In this document: piece by piece, positions 18,613 through 26,818 of the stretch
How the letters are laid out: each line of letters starts with the position of its first letter
Numbering within the stretch: position 1 is the stretch's first letter
From: a virus
Taxonomy: Duplodnaviria > Caudoviricetes
Strand: one strand, 5' to 3'
DNA length: 48,342 nucleotides
Virus record (IMG/VR): IMGVR_UViG_3300037784_000042
Span: 1-48,342 of that record
Made by a program: the position numbers and the translations under genes
Notes under the pieces: model-generated
Told to the model about the DNA's origin: nothing
Database searches by the model: none
Seen by the model: the letters and a program-made list of their open reading frames with translations, nothing else

Positions 18613-18873
18613 TTAAAATGGTAAATCTTTTTCGTATTCTTTTTGAATTGTATTTGATTCAATTTCGTTGATTTGATTGTACAAATCAATTATAAAATCT
18701 TTCGGTAGTTCTATTTTAGTGTACTTGTTCTTTAATCTTTCCCTTCTTTGAAAAAAGCTGATTTTCATAACATTTACATCATGTTCGCAAATTTCACCAA
18801 CTTTTGGGTTTTTTATTTTTACCTGCTCTTTGCAAACAATTTTTACATCGTACTTTTGATTATAAAGGTTCAT
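18613..18873 (-). CDS. Hypothetical phage protein
   Basis: Ends in DLPF, an SSB-like C-terminal tail. Confidence 0.55.
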   Translation of the reverse strand: MNLYNQKYDVKIVCKEQVKIKNPKVGEICEHDVNVMKISFFQRRERLKNKYTKIELPKDFIIDLYNQINEIESNTIQKEYEKDLPF

Positions 18874-19032
18874 TTTTTACAGATTCAATAGGTTAAACAA
18901 TTCTTTAAATAGGCATACTAGGCCAATGATAAGGGAAACAAAGGACAAAACCAGTTCCCAATTCTTTTTTATAAATGAAATCATATTATTGTTTTTTACG
19001 ATTCCATTTTCATTTAGTGTCAAGATAATTTT

Positions 19033-19275
19033 TTACAAGTCCGTTTTTTTATAGATAGGTTTCTTTTTAAAGTCCCTGTATGCGTTTCCTAAATACCTGT
19101 ATTTTTTACGGGTCTTTTTGGCATTGGCCTGTTGAAGAATTTTTAGCCCTTCTTCCAATTCTTTATCCTTTACTGCCCTCCCTTTTTTATAGAGGAAATA
19201 GAGGGGTGCAAATATGGCAGCTAGGCCAATGATAATCCAAATAAAAGTTGTCATAATTTCAAGGTTTAAATTCAT
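19033..19275 (-). CDS. Small single-TM membrane protein
   Basis: N-terminal TM helix and a basic tail. Confidence 0.55.
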   Translation of the reverse strand: MNLNLEIMTTFIWIIIGLAAIFAPLYFLYKKGRAVKDKELEEGLKILQQANAKKTRKKYRYLGNAYRDFKKKPIYKKTDL

Positions 19276-19438
19276 CTATAATACGTAATGTAAGGGTATA
19301 ACTCAATCCAAAATCTTTTGCAATCTTAGTAACTTCGTTGTCTTTTGATCGGTAGAACGCATTGTAAACCGATAGTTTTTTATCGTAGGGAATATCTTTG
19401 TACAATTCCCGTTTTTTACGTGGTTTTTTGGTTTTCAT
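19259..19438 (-). CDS. Small HTH-like protein (59 aa, absent from the ORF track)
   Basis: MKTKKPRKK...VTKIAKDFGLSYTLTLRII. Confidence 0.5.
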   Translation of the reverse strand: MKTKKPRKKRELYKDIPYDKKLSVYNAFYRSKDNEVTKIAKDFGLSYTLTLRIIDEFKP

Positions 19439-19919
19439 TGTTTGTATTGGTTATTGAATATCCTACGGACGTAGTTTTTTACCTTCTCACTTTCAATAAG
19501 TGGCATAATTTCGTTCTCCAATTCGTTCAATTGGTGAAAGTCTTTTTTTATGTTGAATTTTCTATTGTACATTTTATTAGTTTTTTACTGTTTGATTTTT
19601 TTGATTCTTTTTTGCGTGGGGTTTAGATACACCAAGGTTATTAGTATTTGGTATTTATTATAGAAGCCAAATACATCTAAGAGACTATTTAAGTCAATTC
19701 TAAAGCAAAAGATGAAAAAGCTATTCTTTAACTACTTTTTCCAGCTATCCCCTAAAGTCCGTGGACAAAATACCAAATTGGGTCCAGGTTGTAACCTCGA
19801 TAACATTGCCTGATTTGCCTTTTTTTACTTTTTACCATTTACTTTCTCTTTTCAATGGTCTTGTCGTTTGAGTTTTTTAAGGTCTAACCGTGAAGAAACA
19901 CCCTAAGATTTAGGGCATT

Positions 19920-20028
19920 AAAAAAGCCCTTGGAGGGTGAGACTGCTCCTTGGGCTCTTTAATATTGTGGTTTGCGCCACTAAAAATATTTTTATAGATT
20001 CCAATCTAGTCTCACCTAAATCTTATCG
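19920..20028 (-). ncRNA. Leader RNA element B, paralogue of element A
   Basis: The 5' hairpin contains GGTGAGACT and the terminator loop contains AGTCTCACC; shares the AAAAATATTT..AGTGG..CGCA..CCAC.ATAT core with element A. Confidence 0.6.
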
Positions 20029-20036
20029 CAAAGATA
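20029..20036 (-). promoter_or_regulatory. Bacteroidota -7 box (TATCTTTG)
   Basis: TAnnTTTG directly upstream of element B. Confidence 0.6.
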
Positions 20037-20231
20037 GCGTATTTTTTAGAATGTGAAAGAACGTTTTGTTTTTTATGCTTAGTTTGGCATTAGTTTTTTA
20101 TTTGTAAGATTGGCCAATGCTGAAAAATCAACGTTGTTAACCTCTTTGGACATTGCAACCTGAAAATCCAGGTAATCCAAAAATTGTTTAATGTATTTAT
20201 ACTCGCTTTCCATTGCTCAATTTTTAAGGTT

Positions 20232-20519
20232 TTAAATATCTAAAATATTAACCGTCTCGCAATAATCTTGCGTATATCCATCTTCATTTAAACGCTCAAA
20301 AGTTACATTTAAACACTCAGTTAAAACACTTCTAACTTCTGGCATACAAAGAACATCCAACAATTTAAATAGATCTTTATGCTTTTGCGGAGGGCAAACC
20401 TTATTTATTTTATCAATCACCTCAACACCTATTGTATTGTGGATTTCTTCTTTTATAGCTTTCAAAGAATTGTATTCTTTGCCGTTATAAACGTATTTGG
20501 TTATTTCTTTAATTTCCAT
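20232..20519 (-). CDS. Hypothetical early protein
   Basis: ORF with an A-rich upstream region. Confidence 0.6.
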   Translation of the reverse strand: MEIKEITKYVYNGKEYNSLKAIKEEIHNTIGVEVIDKINKVCPPQKHKDLFKLLDVLCMPEVRSVLTECLNVTFERLNEDGYTQDYCETVNILDI

Positions 20520-20544
20520 TTTTTTAAGGTTTTACGCTTGTTTT

Positions 20545-20739
20545 TTAATCGAATACTATAAATGATATTTCTTTTCCGTCAGTAATTACGGGGTATTTTT
20601 TACCTTTATAAAACAATACAAATTCATTTATAGCCCCTTTTAATAGTCCAATTCCAAAAACAATATTTTTTATTTCAATCTTACGATTGGCTTTATATTG
20701 TTGCTTTAAATCGGCAATATTTATATCTAGTATTTCCAT
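20545..20739 (-). CDS. Hypothetical early protein
   Basis: ORF with an A-rich upstream region. Confidence 0.5.
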   Translation of the reverse strand: MEILDINIADLKQQYKANRKIEIKNIVFGIGLLKGAINEFVLFYKGKKYPVITDGKEISFIVFD

Positions 20740-20822
20740 TTTGTTTTTCTTTGCGCTTGTTTTTTAAGTTTCGGGCCAATGATAAAACACCAGCCCGAAA
20801 ACAATAAAACAACAAACAAATA

Positions 20823-21257
20823 TTAATTAGTCCTAAAACAAATATAATCTATTCCGTCAATCTCAATTTCATCATAATTATGATCATAAGAACCAAAAGC
20901 ATGACCATAACCGTCTGCTCCGACGTAACTGTTAATAAGGTCGTGGATTCCATCTTTTAACATGAGTTCCCCTAATTCAGAAAAACCTTCGGCTTTTTGC
21001 AATGCCTTAACCGCATTAATTGGAATATTGCAATTATCAGCGATAAACCAATCGTTAAAGCATCCCAAAATATAAGGGTCTGACTCGTATATGTCAATTA
21101 AAATATCAACCGCTTCCGATTCTTTTACAAAACGGTAATTATCAACTTCAAAATCATTTTCGCCAATGTTTTCGGCTAATTCCCTCACATCAATGTTTAA
21201 ATAATTTGCAAGGTTAACAATGTTTTTTAATTCGGTGTAATTGCTTAAAGTTTTCAT
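20823..21257 (-). CDS. Hypothetical acidic early protein
   Basis: DGYGHAFGSYD..E..YICFRTN motif seen in phage early proteins. Confidence 0.65.
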   Translation of the reverse strand: MKTLSNYTELKNIVNLANYLNIDVRELAENIGENDFEVDNYRFVKESEAVDILIDIYESDPYILGCFNDWFIADNCNIPINAVKALQKAEGFSELGELMLKDGIHDLINSYVGADGYGHAFGSYDHNYDEIEIDGIDYICFRTN

Positions 21258-21343
21258 TTTGTTTATTGTTTAAATTAATATTTGTTTTTGTTCTTTGTCC
21301 CCTCTACCGATCGAACGGAACGCCTAAAGCGGAGGGAGGTTTT

Positions 21344-21529
21344 TTACGCTGCCCAATCTTTTGTACAACGACTTGATTTGTAAACATTCATACCAGCTAA
21401 ACGGTACTCTTTAACCATTTGGTTAACGTATTTCCTAAATTCTTTGGGGCTTTGCCCGTTTTCCCGTGTAAATTCGTCAACTGTTTCAACACCGTACGTA
21501 CTTTTCATATTTAAATAGATTGTTTGCAT
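21344..21529 (-). CDS. Hypothetical early protein
   Basis: VETVDEF..EYRLAG..YKSSRC motif. Confidence 0.6.
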   Translation of the reverse strand: MQTIYLNMKSTYGVETVDEFTRENGQSPKEFRKYVNQMVKEYRLAGMNVYKSSRCTKDWAA

Positions 21530-21717
21530 TTTAATAAGGTTTAAGAGGTTAAAAATTAACTTAGATGACTTGTGTCAACTTGGCCACTGATAATGCCGTA
21601 AACAAGCGAACCAACAAGAACCAGAATAAGAGCAAAGGCGATAACTGGCAAAATGTTTTCTAGTTTAATGTAGTTTGAAGTTTTCATGTCTATTTGTTTT
21701 TGTTTTACGTTGTGTTT

Positions 21718-21933
21718 TTAAATGTTTTTTAAATCTGAAACCAACTCTAAAAATGTTAGTTTTTGCAAAGAGTTTAAATTTTCAGGTGCTTCCAGTGAAG
21801 ATATAACCGTTTTTATATCTGTTTTTAAATAGAGATTTTTAGCCTGTTTAATAACATACAAATCAAATCGCAATGAATTGTAAGGGCTCATTAATTTTAT
21901 TTGACGATTAAAGTAATTTAAATACTGGTCCAT
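21718..21933 (-). CDS. Hypothetical protein
   Basis: First ORF of the minus arm. Confidence 0.45.
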   Translation of the reverse strand: MDQYLNYFNRQIKLMSPYNSLRFDLYVIKQAKNLYLKTDIKTVISSLEAPENLNSLQKLTFLELVSDLKNI

Positions 21934-22496
21934 ATCCTAATATTTTAACTTGTAGTAAAAGTACGCATTAAATACATATAAAAATGTTAACGAAGTGTTA
22001 AAGTTTAATAATAGTGTTGAAACCCTAGTAAAATAAGGGTGTTCAAAAGCCTAAATATTTGAAATCATACGAAAAAAATATTGTTGTTGATGCAACAAAA
22101 ATTAAAAAAGGTGAATTGGCTAGATTGATTCGGCCAATGACAAAAGGAAAACCCCAAGAAACAACAGTAAAGCAACCAAAGAAACCAACCAGGGAAAGAA
22201 CAAAACAATAATAGTGACTAACTCCAAAGAAAAATAAAAGCCTCTTAAATCGCTTTAAAATAGGTTTTATCTAAATTAACCTAAATCAAGATTTTACTAA
22301 CTTTGGATTAAATTCAACGTTTTGCCCAATGATAAAAGGAAAACCAGTAAGAACAGAGACAGAGAAGAACAACCAAAACAAAAAAAAGAAACCTATCTTT
22401 TATTCAAACAAAACATTTTCCAAAATTCAAAACATCAATTTCAAGTAAATTAAATAGTATTTCACTACTCTAAAAAGTGTTAAAATCAATAGAATA

Positions 22497-23099
22497 ATGG
22501 CGGAAATCGTAAAAAAAAATACACAATTAATCGAAAACAATGAAGTTAATGAATTCGATAGGAGGGTTATCGACGAGTATTTCCTAAACGGATTCAACGC
22601 AACACGGGCAGTATTGACAGTAAAACCAGGGTACAACTATGGCAGTGCAGGGAACAAGGCGAGCGAGGTATTGAAGGATCCACGTAACAAAGGTTATATT
22701 CAACAAAAGCAGCACCAACACCAATCATTTGTAAACCTAGAGGCATATCAATTGTTAGGGGAACTAAAGAACATAGCAATGGCCGATGTGACTCTATTTC
22801 TAGGCAAGACGGAAGAGGAAGTGCAGCAAATGCCCGCTGATATAAGGCGAACACTCAAGAAAGTAACTGTAAAAGAAAAGAGTTACAAGAACGCAGAAGG
22901 CAAGCCCACAACGGAACGGACGTATGTTTATGAGTTGAACGACAAACTTACGGCCATTGAAAAGATAGGGCGGCATATAGGGTTTTACGAAGCAGATAAC
23001 AGGCAGAGACAAGTTAACATTAACCTAAATGACTTCGATAACGTTACACTTAACAACATCTTACAAGTAGTTGAGAAAGCCCAGGAAGAAAAGCCCTAA
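22497..23099 (+). CDS. terS: Terminase small subunit
   Basis: IDEYFLNGFNATRA..GY..A...ASEVLKDP; ELKNIAMAD; YELNDKLTAIEKIGRHIGFYE. Confidence 0.85.
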   Translation: MAEIVKKNTQLIENNEVNEFDRRVIDEYFLNGFNATRAVLTVKPGYNYGSAGNKASEVLKDPRNKGYIQQKQHQHQSFVNLEAYQLLGELKNIAMADVTLFLGKTEEEVQQMPADIRRTLKKVTVKEKSYKNAEGKPTTERTYVYELNDKLTAIEKIGRHIGFYEADNRQRQVNINLNDFDNVTLNNILQVVEKAQEEKP

Positions 23100-23447
23100 A
23101 TGTTGGCCGAAAAGCCATATTTCAAGGGTTAAGCCAGTCAAAACCACAAACAAATTCAACTATTTTAAACAATAAACTAAGCTAATCAAGATACTTTGCC
23201 GTTCCATAACTACATTTTAATAGATTATTAGCCTATTCAACCATTAAATAAGACTGTTAGCGCCATTCTAAAGCCTTGTTATTACTGGATTGTACGGTTT
23301 TTTGATGATAAACACCCCTATAACCCTAAAAAACTAGGTAAATGTAAAGCATACCCCCCCTACGCTGAAATGCGCTGTGCTATTCCTCTTTGCACAAAAT
23401 TTTTCGGGTACTTTTCAAAAAAAGTAGGGCTTTTTGTTGCGTGCAAC

Positions 23448-23500
23448 ATACAAAGTATTATATTTGTGGTATAAAATGTATCGTAGGCAATACAAAGTAT
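23448..23500 (+). promoter_or_regulatory. Promoter (-7 box TATATTTG at 23459-23466) flanked by two ATACAAAGTAT operator-like repeats
   Basis: Identical 11-mers at 23448-23458 and 23490-23500, each palindromic (ATAC-n3-GTAT). Confidence 0.55.
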
Positions 23501-23506
23501 AGAAAT

Positions 23507-23707
23507 ATGGAAAGAAATGATATAAAAAAGCAATTATATAGGGAAAAGCCTATTGCTAATTATGTAATGAGTACTGATAATGGTTTAGTGCTTTACAGAA
23601 CTAAGGTTGGTAACGTTTCTGTTTTGTTCAAAATACCGTATAAGGAATCAGTTGGTTTTGAAAAAGAGATGCCGGCTCAATTATTAATAAGATGGATGGA
23701 ATGGTAG
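23507..23707 (+). CDS. Hypothetical protein
   Basis: ATG at 23507 (MERNDIKK), just after the promoter. Confidence 0.6.
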   Translation: MERNDIKKQLYREKPIANYVMSTDNGLVLYRTKVGNVSVLFKIPYKESVGFEKEMPAQLLIRWMEW

Positions 23708-23895
23708 AGGAATTGGAATTTCGTGAGATATTGAAGGATAATGGCATGAATCAGAAAGAATTTGCCAAAAAGATAGGAATGAGCCATTCAGGGGTAAGGA
23801 GTACTTTGAGCAGGGGGACGAAGAACGGTAAAATCCCGTGGTTGAAGGCATTTTTGTTGGGATATAGATTGGGTTTTAACAGTAAAAAGGAATAG
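23701..23895 (+). CDS. XRE/Cro-like HTH protein
   Basis: ILKDNGMNQKEFAKKIGMSHSGVRSTL. Confidence 0.7.
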   Translation: MVEELEFREILKDNGMNQKEFAKKIGMSHSGVRSTLSRGTKNGKIPWLKAFLLGYRLGFNSKKE

Positions 23896-23897
23896 AT

Positions 23898-24287
23898 ATG
23901 ATTTTGGTAATGTTAAGGAGGTATTTAAGTAAAGTAAGAAATCGTTTGTTTTGGGAGAGGGCAGAGCAGCGCAAAATGTTGAAGATAATGGCGAGGATGA
24001 GATTAAATGAGGAAACGTATAGGAATAGGTTTGTAGATGATATTAGGCGTTCGTTTGAAGGTTTGGAGAAGGTGCTTCCATGTGGTTATGGTGAAGAGAA
24101 AAGGGATTACGTTCAAAAACTTTGGTGTCATTCTGTGATATTGCAGTTAGCGGATGATATTCGTTCAGGCAAAATAGTTGTTGGTAGTGGCAGTGTAATA
24201 AAAAAGGTACTGAAATCGGAAATTGATAAAGAAGGTTGGGTGGATGCAAGAAGTTCTTTTAAAAAGCAATGCGATGAAAAACAATGA
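23898..24287 (+). CDS. Hypothetical protein
   Basis: Operon-packed ORF. Confidence 0.55.
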   Translation: MILVMLRRYLSKVRNRLFWERAEQRKMLKIMARMRLNEETYRNRFVDDIRRSFEGLEKVLPCGYGEEKRDYVQKLWCHSVILQLADDIRSGKIVVGSGSVIKKVLKSEIDKEGWVDARSSFKKQCDEKQ

Positions 24288-24561
24288 TAATATGAAGGTG
24301 TATATGATATTTTTTTGTGAAGGATATTACCCAAGTAGTGGTATGGGTGATTTTGTTGATTTTGCGAATGATTATTTAGGGGCGATGGATGTATTGTACT
24401 ATGCGGTTCACGATTTTAAAAAAGATGGTATGGGCAATCTTAATGATTGTAGAGGTGAGATATTCAATGTTGAGACTGGTGAATTGTGGAAGTATAATGT
24501 TTCAAACCCAAATGAGATTGTTTTGTTTGAGACTGAAAAAAAATCGACCTCAGAGCGGTAA
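24274..24561 (+). CDS. Hypothetical protein
   Basis: YYPSSGMGDF motif seen in small phage proteins. Confidence 0.55.
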   Translation: MKNNDNMKVYMIFFCEGYYPSSGMGDFVDFANDYLGAMDVLYYAVHDFKKDGMGNLNDCRGEIFNVETGELWKYNVSNPNEIVLFETEKKSTSER

Positions 24562-24634
24562 TGAATGGTGGTGTTGCGGTGGGGGCTGTGCTTACTCTTG
24601 CGTGCTGTTGGCCGAGAACTTAAAATTTGACGGT

Positions 24635-24883
24635 ATGAAATTTAAGGATATTAAGACGGAACGTGAGTTTTTTGATTTTGCAGATGTTTGGTATCAGAGA
24701 ACGCATAATTTGAGGCGTGTTTGGCAAGATGAATCGGAAACAGAAAAAAGGCGATTAAAAGCGTTTGTACTATTTCAAAAAATGGCAATCCGTGTTTCAT
24801 TGCTTTCTAGGATTGCTACTAGATTTCAACATAGGACACCTAAATTTGACAACGGAAGTAAAATTGAATTTAAGTCTTTGTAA
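24635..24883 (+). CDS. Hypothetical protein
   Basis: ATG at 24635 (MKFKDIK). Confidence 0.5.
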   Translation: MKFKDIKTEREFFDFADVWYQRTHNLRRVWQDESETEKRRLKAFVLFQKMAIRVSLLSRIATRFQHRTPKFDNGSKIEFKSL

Positions 24884-25179
24884 AAATAGTTGCATCTGCA
24901 ACAAAAATAATTAATTGAATGAGCGATAAAATGGTTTCTTTTGCTGTTCGTGTTCTTGAAAAGGGTCAGAGCAGTTGTGTTATCATTGGCTGTTCTGATA
25001 TTGTTGGGTTTGTTTCGGATATGTCGAATGTCAGTGGCCTAGAATATGGGTTTAGAGCCACTGCCGAAAAGGAATACGAGGTTTACATTAAAAAATAAGC
25101 GTGTTTTAAGCTGTAAAAAGCCTTAAATCAACAAAAAAGTAAAAATAAGAAGTATTGATTGACCTTAAAACTAAAAATT

Positions 25180-25460
25180 ATGGCGTTTAAAGTTGGACAA
25201 ATAGTAATATGCATAAACGGTTCCGATGAATGGGAAAGTTATGCTGATGGCTCTATCAGTGATGGCCCAAAAAAAGGAGAAATCCTTGTAATTGACTTTA
25301 TTGAATGTTATATAGGTGAGTTTTTTTAGGATTCAATAAGTATGATGTTAAAGAGGGCTATGACTCTTCTTGTTTTAGGCCACTGGAACTGGATTACAAT
25401 TTTGTTCAGGAAATAATCAGGCAAGTAACGCCAAAGCACAAGGAACTATCAAAATTATAA
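25180..25460 (+). pseudogene. Small phage gene split at a T7 homopolymer
   Basis: MAFKVGQIVICI..GPKKGE..EFF-stop; one extra T at 25321-25327 restores LGFNKY..FRPLEL..SKL-stop. Confidence 0.55.
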
Positions 25461-25580
25461 TCATTGGACGGGTACAGGTATATTTTCATTTCTATAAAGG
25501 ATTATTAACCGAGTTGTAAGAAATAGCTTGATTACAATGCCCGTCCTTTTTTTAAACAGTAACAAATTAAACTTTATAAT

Positions 25581-25772
25581 ATGGAAACATTGAACAAAAT
25601 TGCAACAGCTTTTACAGCTATTATTTTATTGGTGTTGGTAATAACAATACCTGTAATGCTTTTATGGAATTGGCTTATGCCTGACATATTTGGATTGCCT
25701 ACTATAACCTTTTGGCAAGCAATGGGATTATCTGCATTAGGTAATTTTTTATTTGGGACAAGTAAAAATTAA
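25581..25772 (+). CDS. Small membrane protein
   Basis: LLWNWLMPDIFGLPTITFWQAMGL motif. Confidence 0.7.
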   Translation: METLNKIATAFTAIILLVLVITIPVMLLWNWLMPDIFGLPTITFWQAMGLSALGNFLFGTSKN

Positions 25773-25774
25773 AA

Positions 25775-26023
25775 ATGAAATTAAAAATCTATTTCAGTAA
25801 GAGTTCTCATTTGCCATGTGTTGAATATGGGGATAGTGTTTTAAAGGCAGAAGATTTAGAGGTGAATGTTCCTGTCATTGGCCAATGGTTCCCAAATGAA
25901 TCACCTTCATGGGCTTTGGTAGGTGAAGCTGATGAAATCATATTGAACAACGGTAAAATCACCATAGGAAACAACAAAGAATACGTTTCAGAAGGAGAAA
26001 TTATGAAGTCATTGGACAATTGA
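25775..26023 (+). CDS. Hypothetical protein
   Basis: Operon ORF ending just before the tRNA promoter. Confidence 0.55.
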   Translation: MKLKIYFSKSSHLPCVEYGDSVLKAEDLEVNVPVIGQWFPNESPSWALVGEADEIILNNGKITIGNNKEYVSEGEIMKSLDN

Positions 26024-26024
26024 T

Positions 26025-26032
26025 TATATTTG
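26025..26032 (+). promoter_or_regulatory. Bacteroidota -7 box (TATATTTG) for the leader/tRNA unit
   Basis: TAnnTTTG ends 4 nt before the leader ATG. Confidence 0.65.
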
Positions 26033-26036
26033 CAAC

Positions 26037-26120
26037 ATGAAAACGTTTAACACATACTTTTCTTATTGGTCGAGTTGTAATTTTTACAACATCGTGAGGG
26101 GAATTGTATGCGTTATCTAA
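26037..26120 (+). CDS. Putative attenuator leader peptide MKTFNTYFSYWSSCNFYNIVRGIVCVI
   Basis: 14 of codons 4-18 encode F, N, Y, S, W or C, matching the downstream tRNAs; lies between the promoter and the terminator. Confidence 0.75.
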   Translation: MKTFNTYFSYWSSCNFYNIVRGIVCVI

Positions 26121-26142
26121 ATAGATATATTTAATGATATAT

Positions 26143-26171
26143 AAACCCTCTAGGAAACTAGGGGGTTTTTT
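26143..26171 (+). terminator. Intrinsic terminator (attenuator) ahead of the tRNA array
   Basis: AAACCCTCTAG-GAAA-CTAGGGGGTTT followed by a T-run. Confidence 0.8.
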
Positions 26172-26174
26172 ATT

Positions 26175-26260
26175 GGGTGTGAGTTCACTATTGGTTTGTG
26201 GAGGCGGTCTGTAAAACCGTAGCCCGTTTGTCGGTACTGGTTCGATTCCAGTTACACCCA
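26175..26260 (+). tRNA. tRNA-Tyr (GTA)
   Basis: Acceptor GGGTGTG/TACACCC, anticodon loop CTGTAAA, long variable arm, GGTTCGATTCC T-arm. Confidence 0.85.
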
Positions 26261-26265
26261 CAAAA

Positions 26266-26347
26266 GGAAGGTAGCGCTAAGGTGGTAAACTAGATTTGAA
26301 ATCTAGGCTATCGTTTTTCGATAGAGGTTCGATTCCTCTACCTTCCT
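26266..26347 (+). tRNA. tRNA-Ser (TGA)
   Basis: GGAAGGT/ACCTTCC acceptor, CTAGA-TTTGAAA-TCTAG anticodon arm, long variable arm. Confidence 0.85.
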
Positions 26348-26352
26348 CAAAT

Positions 26353-26436
26353 AGAGAATAAAATTGTCAGGTGACAATAACCGTTTGCTAAACGAGTTGA
26401 GGTGAAAGCCTTGGGTTTCGACTACCCTATTCTCTT
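26353..26436 (+). tRNA. tRNA-Ser (GCT), non-canonical
   Basis: AGAGAAT/ATTCTCT acceptor, loop TTGCTAA, variable arm, GGGT-TTCGACT-ACCC T-arm; mismatched anticodon stem. Confidence 0.7.
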
Positions 26437-26442
26437 CAACAT

Positions 26443-26515
26443 GGCTTTGTAGCTAATTTAGTAAAGCAACTGCCTGTTAAGCAGAAGAATGTGGGTTCAA
26501 ATCCCACCAAAGCCT
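26443..26515 (+). tRNA. tRNA-Asn (GTT)
   Basis: GGCTTTG/CAAAGCC acceptor, CTGC-CTGTTAA-GCAG anticodon arm. Confidence 0.9.
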
Positions 26516-26520
26516 CAAAT

Positions 26521-26589
26521 ATGCCCCGTCTTGGCAAGCACCAGTGGTCTCCAAAACCACAGGGAAGGGTTCGATTCCTTTGGGGTGTG
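26521..26589 (+). tRNA. tRNA-Trp (CCA) with a short D-arm
   Basis: GTGGT-CTCCAAA-ACCAC anticodon arm, AAGGGTTCGATTCCTTT T-arm, acceptor with two G-U pairs. Confidence 0.75.
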
Positions 26590-26593
26590 CTAT

Positions 26594-26666
26594 GGAAAAG
26601 TAGCAATGATGGTTCATTCGGTAGACTGAAAATCTAACAATGTTGGTTCGATTCCAACCTTTTCCA
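26594..26666 (+). tRNA. tRNA-Phe (GAA)
   Basis: GGAAAAG/CTTTTCC acceptor, TAGA-CTGAAAA-TCTA anticodon arm. Confidence 0.85.
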
Positions 26667-26671
26667 CAAAT

Positions 26672-26742
26672 GACAAGAATACTGATGGTGAAGTGATTGG
26701 ATTGCAAACCCAATATTTACGGTTCGATTCCGTATCTTGTCT
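26672..26742 (+). tRNA. tRNA-Cys (GCA)
   Basis: GACAAGA/TCTTGTC acceptor, loop TTGCAAA, U73 discriminator. Confidence 0.85.
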
Positions 26743-26818
26743 CTGATTTTATTATATTTGTCTTGATCGTACATACTCCCATATATTATTTTTCTTTTTA
26801 GTGTTATCAATTATTTTT

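Noticed and set aside
19345-19626. Plus-strand hydrophobic 93-aa ORF
   Set aside because: Shadow of A-rich minus-strand small genes.
22082-26037. Recurring TGCAACA motif in intergenic regions
   Set aside because: Short, few copies and inconsistent spacing to genes; cannot be told apart from chance.
26001-26713. Minus-strand ORFs 26001-26261 and 26477-26713
   Set aside because: They are antisense shadows of the tRNA genes and the leader.
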